From Tubiluchus corallicola (Eukaryota > Animalia > Priapulida), in contig JAQGDQ010001268.1 in NCBI GenBank assembly GCA_030141605.1, forward strand, positions 1-50,981: DNA of 50,981 nucleotides, given 5' to 3'. The translations under genes and the position numbers were made by a program. This document shows positions 14,624 to 27,740 of the stretch, piece by piece (positions within the stretch are counted from its first letter, which is position 1; each line of letters begins with the position of its first letter). The notes below the pieces were generated by a model, which was not told the origin of the DNA, made no database searches, and saw only the letters and a program-made list of their open reading frames with translations.

Positions 14624-15628
14624 CAACAATATTAAGAACAATGTAGATAGATGAGTATATAAGTACGTTGATGATGGCAGTATGTTCATAAGCAGGATTA
14701 CCACAAGGTTCGGTGCTATCACCATTGTTATTCAGTGTCTATGTAGCAGATATGTTTAACAATATTTAGAACAGTGTAGATAGATGAGTATATTAGTACG
14801 TTGATGATGGCAGTATGTTCATAAGCAGGATTGCCACAAGTTTCGGTGCTATCACCATTGTTATTCATTGTCTACGTAGCAGATATGTTTAACAATATTT
14901 AGAACAGTGTAGATAGATGAGTATATAAGTACGTTGATGATGGCAGTGTGTTCATAAGCAGGATTACCACAAGGTTCGGTGCTATCACCATTGTTATTCA
15001 ATGTCTATGTAGCAGATATGTTTAACAATATTTAGAACAGTGTAGATAGATGAGTATATAAGTACGTTGATGATGGCAGTATGTTCATAAGCAGGATTAC
15101 CACAAGTTTCGGTGCTATCACCATTGTTATTTATTGTCTACGTAGCAGATATGTTTAACAATATTTAGAACAGTGTAGATAGATGAGTATATAAGTACGC
15201 TGATGATGGCAGTGTGTTCATAAGCAGGATTACCACAAGGTTCCCTGCTATCACCATTGTTATTCATTGTCTACGTAGCAGATATGTTTAACAATATTTA
15301 GAACAGTGTAGATAGATGAGTATATAAGTACGTTGATGATGGCAGTATGTTCATAAGCAGGATTACCACAAGTTTCGGTGCTATCACCATTGTTATTCAT
15401 TGTCTACGTAGCAGATATGTTTAACAATATTTAGAACAGTGTAGATAGATGAGTATATAAGTACGCTGATGATGGCAGTGTGTTCGTAAGCAGGATTACC
15501 ACAAGGTTCCCTGCTATCACCATTGTTATTCATTGTCTACGTAGCAGATATGTTTAACAATATTTAGAACAGTGTAGATAGATGAGTATATAAGTACGCT
15601 GATGACGGCAGTGTGCTCATAAGCAGGA
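14624..15628 (+). repeat. 133-bp tandem array (~7.5 units) made of the RT catalytic core
   Basis: The same motif recurs at 14643, 14776, 14909, 15042, 15175, 15308, 15441, 15574. Each unit translates as GLPQGSVLSPLLFIVYVADMFNNI*NSVDR*VYKY(A/V)DDGS(V/M)FIS. Confidence 0.92.
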
Positions 15629-15995
15629 ACAATGCAAAACTGCCACCAAGTTATGCAGCTTTGCTGCACCGAACTGGTGTCTTAAATGGCGCCTTACTGT
15701 TAATTGTCAAACAAACAAAGCAGAAATGACTCCAACTGGCTGTGACAAGAGTGATCTCAATCAACTGGGTAAGATTAAGATAAGTAATGAGGTAATCAGT
15801 TGTGTAGACAAAAGTAAAGTTGTGGATATAGTCATTGAAAAAAGTTGAATTTTGTAGAGCACATAAAAAGGTAAACAGCAGGTCTGGAACAGGTGGTTAA
15901 TGATAAAAAAAGAAATGTCGCTATGATTTTAAAAGATTAATTCTGTTAACTCTTCTAATGGTTTACAAGATACTGGTCCTACCAATAATATCTAA
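15574..15995 (+). mobile_element. Decayed LINE RT continuing from the last array unit
   Basis: After YADDGSVLIS, frameshifted remnants NWCLKWRLTVNCQTNKAEM, KISNEVISCVDKSKVVDIVIEK-LNFVEHIK and VYKILVLPII appear in normal RT order. Confidence 0.8.
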
Positions 15996-17687
15996 AATAT
16001 TTTATTTTCTAAAATATTTCTAAAAATTTTCTGAAAATATTTTCTAAAATACTGTTTGCGTTGAAATTCATAACGGTCATCACAGGAGTTCAAAATTACA
16101 AGCTTTATAAAGCGTTACTGGCGACGCAAATCCTGGATACAAAAAGGCAATATGTAAGTGGTATAAAATTTCAGACGAATTTTTTAAACTTATGCAGGTG
16201 GAGGATTTTCTTGTGCATTAATTTTCCCTGGCGAACTCTAGTATTTCAGAATAGATTTGCCAACACGGTTTGTTGTTTACGCGTTATTTGTATATGAATT
16301 TATTACAAAATAATGTTGCACAATTTTGCCTGTCTTTGAATGTGTTACAAATAATCTGTACTCTGCAGTTCGTGGTCATGATGTTCGCGACGATATTTAG
16401 CCCGAAGGAACGCAAGGAGGAACGGAAGGAGATTGGGAGGAACGGAAGGAGATTTCAAGTGTCTGTTCCATCTCTGTCTGTCCACGACTAATAGTAATGC
16501 TTTTGCCTCTTTGTTGGCCACCAGTTGTACCAAAAGTGTGGAACAGATTGCCCTCGTAAACGTCCCGAACCTGAACGTTGATGAGAACGGGAACGGGAAC
16601 GCCGACGCGAACGTCGACGAGAACGAGAACGGGAACGTCTTCTATGCCGATAACGTCGACGGGAACGGGAACGTCGTTTCTCACTGGGAGAACGTGAGCC
16701 TGCAAAAAAGTTAAATCCCATTATTTAAAGGAAAATTTAATTATCTTATACCGTATTGCAAAATGATACAGCGTACAAAATATTAGTGAGCTGGGCAACA
16801 CCGACTGTATCTCGGAAACGCGTTGCGCAAAAAATAGGTGCTGTACCTGACGATAAGAACACAGTTGTGACGTGGCACACGCAAACCTGACATCACAGCG
16901 GCAAACTTGGAATTTAAATTTCATTTACTTAAAATTTGGTGCAAATCATAGTCAATGCTCCGTAGTAATTTTGCTTTTGTAAACAAGTACAGCATTCTCA
17001 GGACCGTTTCTGCCGTTTGAAAATTATGTTCGTTTGTGATGTCATCAGAAAACGTACTCGCAAACGGCTAATTAAGTTTCCAAACTGTCATTTAACTAAT
17101 AATAACTAATAATAATAGTAATAATAATAATAAATGTTTAAGCGTTAATATATATGTTAAAATGCATACCTTTTACTATACTTCAAAACGGCATAAAACC
17201 TAAAAAATCATACTGTAAAACTATAAAAAAACTATAAGTTGCTTGTGTTTACTTACCTGCCATGTCCCCGTAAACAGGGAGACAGACTCCCCAGGGGAGC
17301 GTCAAACAGAGAATAAACTCTTTCAGTGGTAAGTGTAGATGCCGCGATACATCATTTCCATGGCAACGCTTGTTCTCTTGAGAAGTTCTGAATGTAGTTT
17401 ACACGTCGTCATGGTGATGAAAGTATTTCACTGAATATTTAGAAAATGTGAGTGTTGCAAAACTTAAACAGACAGACAAAAGTTGTGACAAAATTATATT
17501 AAATTCTCATTGCTCAATATTAATCAGTTTCCTGCAAAGTCAAACTAAAGAATCTATAGTGAGTTAGTTACAAGAGTTTGGTAATTCAGCAGTAATTCAA
17601 TTCGAGCTACGATTAGCTGTTTGAAAGACGCCATGAGCCCTTCAAGCGCTTAATGAGGCTCATGAGGATTGGCTTACCTTTGAGTTT

Positions 17688-18250
17688 TGTTGTTGTTGGC
17701 ATCCTTCTGTCTCGGAAGACAATGGATTGTGCGCCAAGAGAGTCAGTTATTGATCACATTGATGGAGCTGCAGCGTCGACTGTTGCTGAGCAGTCCGATC
17801 CTTGAACCACTGGATTGGCCTCTCCAGGGCGCACGCCTGGGCTAGGTGTATGGAGATCCTGAGTTGCCCTGACATCAGGAACCCCCTCTCTTCCTCCCTG
17901 GTGTGGTCCAAAGGAAAGCGGGGAGATGCGTTTGGCACCAGGTTGGCTGCAGGAGCTGCCGGAGTCAGTGAGCATGCTGTACTGGTCCGCCTTCGGAGCT
18001 CCACTCCTGATTTGGAAGGTTTACTCCTCTACACATGGCCGTTGGGTCACTTGACCTCCGCCGCCCTCTAGCCGTTGGATGCTTGTGCAGCTCCTCTGCC
18101 TAGTGTCGAGATACAGTGTGGGCATCAAGCTAGCTTACAGCACCTGGTATTCCTAGGTGGTCACCCATCCAAGTTTTAACCAGGTTCTACGTTGCTTAAC
18201 TTCGGCGATCAGACGAGAACCGGTGTTTTCAACATGATATAGCCGTAGAC
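17688..18250 (-). mobile_element. 5S rRNA-headed SINE (SINE3-type), 563 bp
   Basis: Full-length 5S head, ~440-bp GC-rich body, (CAA)n tail. 12-bp TSD with one mismatch: ACCTTTGAGTTT (17676-17687) and ACCTTGGAGTTT (18251-18262). Confidence 0.85.
18132..18250 (-). pseudogene. 5S rRNA-derived sequence (SINE head, not a functional 5S gene)
   Basis: Reverse complement GTCTACGGCTATATCATGTTGAAAACACCGGTTCTCGTCTGATCGCCGAAGTTAAGCAAC...TTGGATGGGTGACCACCTAGGAATACCAGGTGCTGTAAGCT, 119 nt. Several transition-type changes from the recalled 5S consensus. No oligo-T terminator. Confidence 0.9.
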
Positions 18251-19095
18251 ACCTTGGAGTTTAGCTCTCTGATTAACTGCATTGGACCAACAATGAAAAT
18301 TTAATATCCTATTTGTAAAAGACACTTTCATTTTAAAATCCTGCTGTTAATTTTTAGTAAAATAGGGATTAAATTTGTGTAGTTTTTGAGATTACTGATT
18401 GTAACTCTTGTGGATTTAAACATTGAATTGCAATCTAATAATTTGGTATAGGAATTTATCTGCATTTTTATGTTACTTCACAGGAAACTTGCTGCATTAA
18501 TAACCTTGATTTTAGCGCGCACTTTAATACTTCTTGTTTAATATCACTGTAAGAAGTGTTATACGTACAAATTAGAAAAGCTAATTACAGAATCCGTTAA
18601 CGTAATATTGTAGGATTCACTCTGTATAGTGTCTATGTAAAATTGTATAATGTTAGTACAGATATTTTTGCCTGCAAAAAGAGTCTAATGAAGACTTATC
18701 ATCATCATCTCTTTAAGTATGGCCAAGCTTTCTACATCAATCACACTTATCTAGCCCAGATAAGTGCTTTTACTGAAATAGTTATTTTAGTATATTAATG
18801 CAACGTATAATAGTTCTGTTAAAGGTGTTGGTACCAGGGCCTATTTCAGCCTAGGCGAGGCCCGGGGAAGTAGGGCGTGTGAGGCCTCATCGGTGGTGGG
18901 GCGATGCGCCGGGAGGCGGGTGCCACCATTGTTGGCGCCCAGAAACTTTTTGAACTGCTAGAACGCCAGAGAAGCATTTTCGAAGAGAAAATATGGAGTT
19001 ATACAGTTGTTAAAGGAAAGGACAATTGAAAGGTTTTATTTTCAAGACCAGTCCTTAATACTTGTCAATACTGGCAAATGGCACGCATGTGGCAA

Positions 19096-19243
<148 letters not shown>

Positions 19244-19290
19244 GTATTAGAGTGAGTAATTTTGTAATTTTAATTTCTGCATGTTTTTTT

Positions 19291-20083
19291 CTAGCTACAG
19301 TACGTGATACGTCTTTGCACGGTGCCTCTAGCTACAGTACGTCATACGTCTTTGCACGGTGCCTCTAGCTACAGTACGTGATAGGTCTTTGCACGGTGCC
19401 TCTAGCTACAGTACGTGATAGGTCTTTGCACGGTGCCTCTAGCTACAGTACGTCATACGTCTTTGCACGGTGCCTCTAGCTACAGTACGTCATACGTCTT
19501 TGCACGGTGCCTCTAGCTACAGTACGTGATAGGTCTTTGCACGGTGCCTCTAGCTACAGTACGTGATAGGTCTTTGCACGGTGCCTCTAGCTACAGTACG
19601 TGATAGGTTTTTGCACGGTGCCTCTAGCTACAGTACGTGATAGGTCTTTGCACGGTGCCTCTAGCTACAGTACGTGATAGGTCTTTGCACGGTGCCTCTA
19701 GCTACAGTACGTGATAGGTCTTTGCACGGTGCCTCTAGCTACAGTACATGATACGTCTTTGCAAGGTGCCTCTAGCTACAGTACGTGATAGGTCTGCACG
19801 GTGCCTCTAGCTACTGTTCATGATACGTCTTTGCAAGGTGCCTCTAGCTACAGTACGTGATAGGTCTTTGCACGGTGCCTCTAGCTACAGTACATGATAC
19901 GTCTTTGCACGGTGCCTCTAGCTACAGTACATGATACGTCTTTGCAAGGTGCCTCTAGCTACAGTACATGATACGTCTTTGCAAGGTGCCTCTAGCTGCA
20001 GTACGTGATAGGTCTTTGCACGGTGCCTCTAGCCACAGTACGTGATAGGTCTTTGCACAGTGCCTCTAGCTACAGTACGTGAT
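19291..20083. repeat. 37-bp minisatellite, ~21 units
   Basis: Unit CTAGCTACAGTACGTGATAGGTCTTTGCACGGTGCCT, head-to-tail, no spacers. Confidence 0.95.
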
Positions 20084-20506
20084 GTGTGTTTGTGCATGCG
20101 TGTATTTCTAGCATGGCTTTGTGGATCTGGGCAGTTCAGTACAATTTTTGATAAAAATAATGTTAAACGCAAAGGTAAAGAAACTCAAAGGTTTTTGCAC
20201 TTCAGAATCGTTTGGTGATGTTTGCTGATGTTTGGTGATTTTTGCTGATGTTTGGTGTCACAAAACATTTATCAACTCACTATTTCAGTATATAAATGGC
20301 ACATCTTTTCTTTCTATGTAAGTATAATTATCACAATACTACTATAATGGGCTTATTATGGATGGCAATTATTATCAAATTACATTGGGCTAAAACGAAC
20401 ATGCGTGGGCGGATTCAACCATTTCAGTGCCGTTTTTAGTCTTGTGTTTCCACTTACGTTTTACAATATTATCTGCCATTGTCTGTTGCAAGTGTAAAAC
20501 AGTCGA

Positions 20507-20740
20507 ACACTTGTTGAAGCCACTTCATAGGCAATTTTGACCTTGCATGGCATACGTGATCTTAAACACGTGAAGCCACATTCATAGGTAGTTTTGACCT
20601 TGGCATACGTGATCTAGAACACGCTGAAGCCACATTCATAGGTAGTTTTGACCTTACATGGCATACGTGATCTTAAGCACGTTGAAGCCACATTCATAGG
20701 CAGTTTTGACCTTACATGGCATACGTGATCTAGAACATGT
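20507..20740. repeat. ~54-59-bp tandem repeat x4 upstream of IGFBP-like gene 1 (x2 upstream of gene 2)
   Basis: Unit GAAGCCACATTCATAGGTAGTTTTGACCTTACATGGCATACGTGATCTTAAACAC. Confidence 0.85.
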
Positions 20741-20825
20741 ACCTGAACCTATTTTTACATATTATGAATATCGTGTGCTATAAAATGCTTCTGCCAAACC
20801 AAATCGTTGATAATATAAAGCACCT

Positions 20826-20833
20826 TATATAAA
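20826..20833 (+). promoter_or_regulatory. Candidate TATA box of IGFBP-like gene 1
   Basis: TATATAAA about 95 bp upstream of the ATG. Also present at 24415-24422 and, as TATAAA, at 43947-43952 in the paralogues. Confidence 0.5.
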
Positions 20834-20920
20834 GGCTACATCAAGGCGACTCCTGATCTGGAACATTTCTACTGGAAGAGGGATACGTCATTAGCTTTGG
20901 TTGTTTTTCTGAACAGAAAG

Positions 20921-22120
20921 ATGAGGATTGTTCTTCTTCTTGCAGTAGCTGCGGTGGTTTTGATATCAGAGTAAGTTTAGTTATTCTTAGATTAATATAT
21001 ATATATTGTGAATGAATGAGTGAACGAATGTATGACTGAAAAACTGGTAACGAATTGCTCGATTGAACAGGAAAGGAATTATTATTGTTGTTTTATTCCG
21101 CACCATAGCAGATACAGCCATGCGCAAAACATAATAAGAAAGAGCTAAACTAAAACTAATAGAAATAACTAAACTAATGAGTTAATGAAAAAGGAACAAA
21201 GAATGAACGAAAAACTAAACTAATGAGTTAATGAAAAAGGAAAAAATAAAGAATTAAAAACTAAACTAATGTGTTAATGAAAAATGAAAAACTAATGAAT
21301 GAAAAACTAAACTAATGAGTTAATGAAAGAAGGAACAAATATTGAATGAAAAACTAAACTAATGTGTTAATGAAAAATGAAAAAATATTGAATGAAATAC
21401 TAAACTAATGACTTAACGAAAAAAGGAACAAATAATGAACGAAATACTAAACTAATGAGTTAATGAAAAAAGAACAAAGAACGAAAGAAAAAATGAACTA
21501 ATGAGTTAATGAAAAAGGAACAAAGAATGAATGAAAAAATAAACTAATGAGTTAATGAAAAAGGAAAAAATAAAGAATTAAAAACTAAACTAAGGAGTTA
21601 ATGAAAGAAGGAACAAATATTAAATGAAATACTAAACTAATGACTTAACGAAAGAAGGAACAAATAATGAACGAAATACTAAACTAATAAGTTAATGAAA
21701 AAGGAACAAAGAACGAATGAAAAACTAAAGTTATGTGTTAATGAAAAATGAAAAACTAATGAATGAAAAACTAAACTAATGAATTAATGAAAGAAGGAAT
21801 AAAAAATTAATGAAATACTAAACTGATGAGTTAATGAAAAAGGAACAAAGAATGAATAAAAAACTAAACTAATGAGTTAACGAAAGAAGAAGCAAATAGT
21901 GAATTAAAAACTAAACTAATGAGTTAATGAAAGAAGGAACAAAGACTGAATTAAAAACTAAACTAATGAGTTCGTATTTCCCGTATCTGATGTCCTACGT
22001 TTTAGTCTATAAAGGTGTTATTTTTGATGTTGAATCTGGACCTCACCACTTGAAATTGGCTTGTTGAGAGATTCATCAAGTGTTAAAATTGTTTGAAAGT
22101 TCCTAAGTCTATAATCTCTG

Positions 22121-22193
<73 letters not shown>

Positions 22194-23156
22194 CTCTTTC
22201 TTTCTCTTTCTCTCTCTCTCCCTCTCCCTCCTTCTCTCTTTCTCTCGCTCTCTCTTTCTGTCTCTCTTTCTCCCTCTCTCTCCCTCTTTCTCTTTTTCTC
22301 TCATTCCCTCACCCCCTCTCTCTCTTTCTCTCTCTCTTCCTCTCTCCCTGTCTCTCTCTCTCTCTGCCTCGCTCCCTCTCTGTCACAGTTTTGACAGTTT
22401 CGTTTTTTTGCAGATCCCATAGCCTTTCCTGTCCTTGTTGGGGTTGGGAAGGTGGAAGGGAAGCCTTCTGTGCGCAAAATAACTTACCTCCACTCACAGG
22501 AGAGGATTGCAAATATGGTGTGGGCTCAGATGTGTGTGGATGCTGTGACAAGTGCAAAAACGTAAGTAACTGTTATAGATAAGTATTCACTCTTCTTCTA
22601 ATTACTCATATTGAAAACCTCTACAATTAAACAAATCGTATTCAGCATCATGCGTGTCTTATTAAAGCAAAGCCGTCTGCCGCACCACTTCAGTAACTAC
22701 AGTTGTTATACGTAAATTTTACTTAACTATGCATTAATCTGTATGTAGGGACATTTACTAGCAGGATCTTGCTTGGGTAATGAACTAGGTAAGGTGTTAG
22801 CTAGCTGTTAAAACTGTTACTATTATAATAGCATGGGCTGCAAAGTGTTGTCAAGTGTACACAAATGCGTTGCATGGTTCACTTAACCTTTGACCTTTTC
22901 ACGATCGTCTTCAATCGTTGCAACTGTGAAAAGGCTTAGTCCAATAAAATTTCGTTTTTTCTTCCTGGAACAGGGACCAGGAGACAAATGCGGAGGACCG
23001 TGGGGAATGTACGGCGATTGCGGAGAAGGTCTGAAATGTGACAAACCAGTTATGGAGCGTGACGGTAGGGTTTTCGACGATTTCAATGCAAAAGGAACCT
23101 GCAAGAAAGATTTGGAATTTGATAATGAGCCTAAGCCTATGCCCGTTTTTGAATAA
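20921..23156 (+). CDS. Secreted single IGFBP (IB) domain protein, copy 1 (126 aa)
   Basis: Exons 20921-20970, 22414-22561, 22974-23156, all GT-AG and in frame. Signal peptide MRIVLLLAVAAVVLISESHS. 12 Cys with CGCCDKC and GDKCGGPWGMYGDCGEGLKC. Confidence 0.9.
21160..21972. repeat. ~46-bp A-rich minisatellite in intron 1 of copy 1
   Basis: Unit AAACTAAACTAATGAGTTAATGAAAAAGGAACAAAGAATGAATGAA. Confidence 0.9.
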
Positions 23157-23808
23157 TATTTATAAGAATATTGCAGTGCATAAAAAAAGACACCATTCCC
23201 AGAATGGCATCATTATTCTCTTAGTAAACAAACTAAATTCCCGATAAGAATGGAATTAAATTAAATTAAAGCTTAACTATCTTAAACATATTTTATTTGA
23301 TTAGATTATACAGTTTTTAAAACTGGTTGATGTATCCTTTTATCAGACCTTGCGTTAGAGATGTACTAAACGTACCTTGATTTCGTATAATGTGAATTAA
23401 TGATAAGTTATTAACTATTGTCTTAGTTAGAACTTATTTTTCATTTCAAACTTCGAAATTTGATTAATGTTAGGTGATTAATTTATTGTCAGGTGATTAA
23501 TATTAATTGATGGTAAATAAAATTGATTAAAAATAAATTTATTTGAAGTTCGTTTTATGTTCAAATATTTCAAATTTTGTAAATATTTGTTGAAAATGTT
23601 GTTCCAAGAGAGACGAAGGCACCATATAAGGATACACACATTAATACATGCAAAAGTTATAAATAGCATTAAGGTACGACTCCATGCGTACGCAATGCGT
23701 GATGCGAGATCTGTATTACAGCAATTGTCAGTGACAAATGTTTCGACAAAAACACAGAAAAACATTCCAGGAGTGCAAACGTAGGTCCACAGGCTTTTCG
23801 TGAATGCA

Positions 23809-23819
23809 AGAGAGAGAGA

Positions 23820-23889
<70 letters not shown>

Positions 23890-23918
23890 AGAGAAAGAGA
23901 GACAGAGAGAGAGAGAGG

Positions 23919-23997
<79 letters not shown>

Positions 23998-24087
23998 ATG
24001 AGAGTGAGAGTGAGAAAGAGAGAGAGAGAGAAAGAGGGAGAGAGAGAGAGCGAGAGAGAGAGAGAGAGAGAAAGAGGGAGAGAGAGA
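23809..24087. repeat. (GA)n microsatellite
   Basis: Direct reading. Confidence 0.9.
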
Positions 24088-24749
24088 AATTTTTTCCTCG
24101 CACAAAGTTTGATTTAGCATTTAGAACAGCAAGAGGAAACGTACAATTTCAATTAGCAAATAAAACAACGGCTGATGAGATTTTGAACAAGTGGAAAACA
24201 GTGAGACACTTGTTGAAGCCACGTTCATAGGTAGTTTTGACCTTGCATGGCATACGTGATCTTAAACACGTTGAAGCCACATTCATAGGCAGTTTTGACC
24301 TTACATGGCATACGTGATCTTAAACATGTACCTGAACATATTTTTACATATCATGAATATCGCATGATATAAAATGCTTCTGCCAAACCAAATCGTTGAT
24401 AATATAAGGCACCTTATATAAAGGCTACATCAAGACGACTCCTGATCTGGAACATTTCTACTGGAAGAGGGATACGTCATTAGCTTTGGTTGTTTTTCTG
24501 AACAGAAAGATGAGGATTGTTCTTCTTCTTGCAGTAGCTGCGGTGGTTTTGATATCAGAGTAAGTTTAGTTATTCTTAGATTAATATATATATATTGTGA
24601 ATGAATGAGTGAACGAATGTAAGACTGAAAAACTGGTAACGAATTGCTCGATTGAACAGGAAAGGAATTATTATTGTTGTTTTATTCCGCACCATAGCAG
24701 ATACAGCCATGCGCAAAACATAATAAGAAAGAGCTAAACTAAAACTAAT

Positions 24750-26812
24750 AGAAATAACTAAACTAATGAGTTAATGAAAAAGGAACAAAGAATGAACGAA
24801 ATACTAAACTAATGAGTTAATGAAAAAGGAACAAATAATGAATGAAAAAATAAACTAATGAGTTAATGAAAGAAGCAACAAATATTGAATGAAATACTAA
24901 ACTAATTAGTTAATAAAAAAGAAAAAAAAAAGAATTAAAAACTAAACTAATGTGTTCATGAAAAATGAAAAACTAAAGAATGAAAAACTAAACTAATAAT
25001 TTAATGAAAGAAGCAACAAATATTGAATGAAATACTAAACTAATTAGTTAATAAAAAAAGAAAAATAAAGAATTAAAAACTAAACAAATGTGTTCATGAA
25101 AAATGAAAAACTAAAGAATGAAAAACTAAACTAATAAGTTAATGAAAGAAGGAACAAATATTGAATGAAATACTAAACTAATGACTTAACGATAGAAGGA
25201 ACAAATAATGAACGAAAAATGTAAACTAATGAGTTAATGAAAGAAGCAACAAATATTGAATGAAATACTAAACTAATTAGTTAATAAAAAAGAAAAAAAT
25301 AAAGAATTAAAAACTAAACTAATGTGTTCATGAAAAATGAAAAACTAAAGAATGAAAAACTAAACTAATAATTTAATGAAAGAAGCAACAAATATTGAAT
25401 GAAATACTAAACTAATTAGTTAATAAAAAAAGAAAAATAAAGAATTAAAAACTAAACAAATGTGTTCATGAAAAATGAAAAACTAAAGAATGAAAAACTA
25501 AACTAATAAGTTAATGAAAGAAGGAACAAATATTGAATGAAATACTAAACTAATGACTTAACGATAGAAGGAACAAATAATGAAGGAAATACTAAACTAA
25601 TGAGTTAACGAAAGAAGGAATAAAGAATGAATGAAATAGTAAACTAATGAGTTAATGAAAAAGGAACAAATAATGAACAAAATACTAAACTAATGAGTTA
25701 ATGAAGAAGGAACAAAGAATGAATAAAAAAATAAACTAATGAATTAATAAAAAAGGAATAAATAAGGAATGAAAAACTAAACTGATGAGTTAATAAAAAA
25801 GGAACGAAGACTAAATGATATAGTAAATTAATGTTTAACAAAAGAAGGAACAAATAATGAACGAAATACTAAACTAATGAGTTAATGGAAGAAGAAACAA
25901 ATAAGGAATTAAAAACTAAACTAATGAGTTAATGAAAGAAGGAACAAATAATGAATGAAAAATTAAAGTAATGAGTTAATGAAAGAAGGAACAAATAATG
26001 AATTAAAAACTAAACTAATGAGTTAATGAAAAAGGAACAAAGAATGAATGAAAAACTAAAATAATGAGTTAAAGAAAATGAAAAAATAAAGAATTAAAAA
26101 CTGAACTAATAAGTTAATGACAGAAGGAACAAATATTGAATGAAATACTAAACTAATGAGTTAATGAAAAAAGGAACAAAGAATGAATGAAATGCGAAAA
26201 TAATGAGTTCATGAAAAAGGAAAAAATAATGAATAAAAAACTAAACCAATGAGTTAACGAAAGAAGAAGTAAATAATGAATTTAAAACTAAACTAATGAC
26301 TTAACGAAAGAAGGAACAAATAATGAATTAAAAACTAAACTAATGAGTTAATGAAAAAGGAACAAAGAATGAATGAAAAACTAAACTAATGAGTTAATGA
26401 AAAAGGAACAAACAATGAATGAAAAACTAAACTAATGAGTTAATGAAAAAGGAACAAAGAATGAATGAAAAACTAATCTAATGAGTTAATGAAAGAAGAA
26501 ACAAATAATGAATTTAAAACTAAACCAATGACTTAACGAAAGAAGGAACAAACAATGAATTAAAAACTAAACTAATGAGTTAATGAAAAAGGAACAAAGA
26601 ATGAATGAAAAACTAAACTAATGAGTTAATGAAAAAGGAACAAAGAATGAATGAAAAACTAAACTAATGAGTTAAAGAAAAATGAAAAAATAAAGAATTG
26701 AAAACTAAACTAATGAATTAATGACAGAAGGAACAAATATTGAATGAAATTCTAAACTAATGAGTTAATGAAAAAGGAACAAAGAATGAATGAAAAACTA
26801 AACTAATGAGTT
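24750..26812. repeat. ~46-bp minisatellite, expanded to ~2 kb in intron 1 of copy 2
   Basis: Same unit as 21160-21972. Confidence 0.9.
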
Positions 26813-27607
26813 TAGTGAGGTTTAACGAAATTAATGAGGTTGATGTCCCCTATCTGATGTCCTACGATGTAGTCTATAAAGGTGTTATTTTTGATGTTGA
26901 ATCTGGACCTCACCACTTGAAATTGGCTTGTTGAGAGATTCGTCAAGTGTTAAAATTGTTTGAAAGTTCCTAAGTCTATAATCTCTGTCTCTCTCTCACC
27001 TCTCTCCCTCTATCCTTCTCTCTCTCTCTATCTCTCTCTCTCTCTCTCTTTCTCTTTCTCTCTCTCTATCTCTGCCCCCTCTCTCTCTTTCTCTTTCTCT
27101 CTCTCTCTCTGTTTCTATCTCTCTCCCTCTCTCTCTCTCTTTCTCTCTCTCCCTCCCTCTCTCTCTCTCCCTCTCTCTTTTTCTCTCTCTCTCTCCATCT
27201 CTCTCCTCTCCCTCTCCCTCGCCCTCTTTTTCTCTTTCTCTCTCTCCCTCCCTCTCACTCCCTCCCCCTCTCTCTCTCCCCCAGTCTCTCTCCCTCTGCC
27301 TCCCTCCCTCTCTGTCTTGTCATAGTTTTGACAGTTTCATTTTTTTTGCAGATCCCACAGCCTTCACTGTCCTTGTTTGGGTTGGGAAGGTGGAAGGGAA
27401 GCCTTCTGTGCGCAAAATAACTTACCTCCACTCACAGGAGAGGATTGCAAATATGGTGTGGGCTCAGATGTGTGTGGATGCTGTGACAAGTGCAAAAACG
27501 TAAGTAACTGTTATAGATAAAAGTATTCATCTTCTTCTATTTACTCATATTGAAAATCTCTACAATTAAACAAATCGTATTCAGCATCATGCATCTTACT
27601 TCTGCAT

Positions 27608-27740
27608 TTCTTCTTCTTCTTCTTCCATTCCTGAACGTCTATTGTAGACATAGAGCCTCTATCCTTTATTAGAGCACTCAACAGGATCCTGTCTGCAGCT
27701 AAAATTTTCAACTCCGGTGATGACGTCACGTGACATGTGG
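27608..27740 (-). mobile_element. Short 3' end of a probable RTE-like retroelement in intron 2 (also at ~46506-46636)
   Basis: (GAA)n tail on the minus strand and an ELKILAADR remnant. Present in copies 2 and 3, absent from copy 1. Confidence 0.5.

Noticed and set aside
17250-17264. ACTTACCTG resembling the U1 snRNA 5' end, or a minus-strand ATGGCAG|gtaagt first exon
   Set aside because: No U1 similarity beyond 9 nt. No in-frame link to the LRR gene could be shown.
18132-18250. Functional 5S rRNA gene
   Set aside because: Solitary, diverged, lacks a Pol III terminator and lies within TSDs as part of a larger retroposon.
19291-20083. 37-bp repeat of CRISPR-like length
   Set aside because: Units are head-to-tail with no unique spacers, no cas genes are present and the context is eukaryotic.
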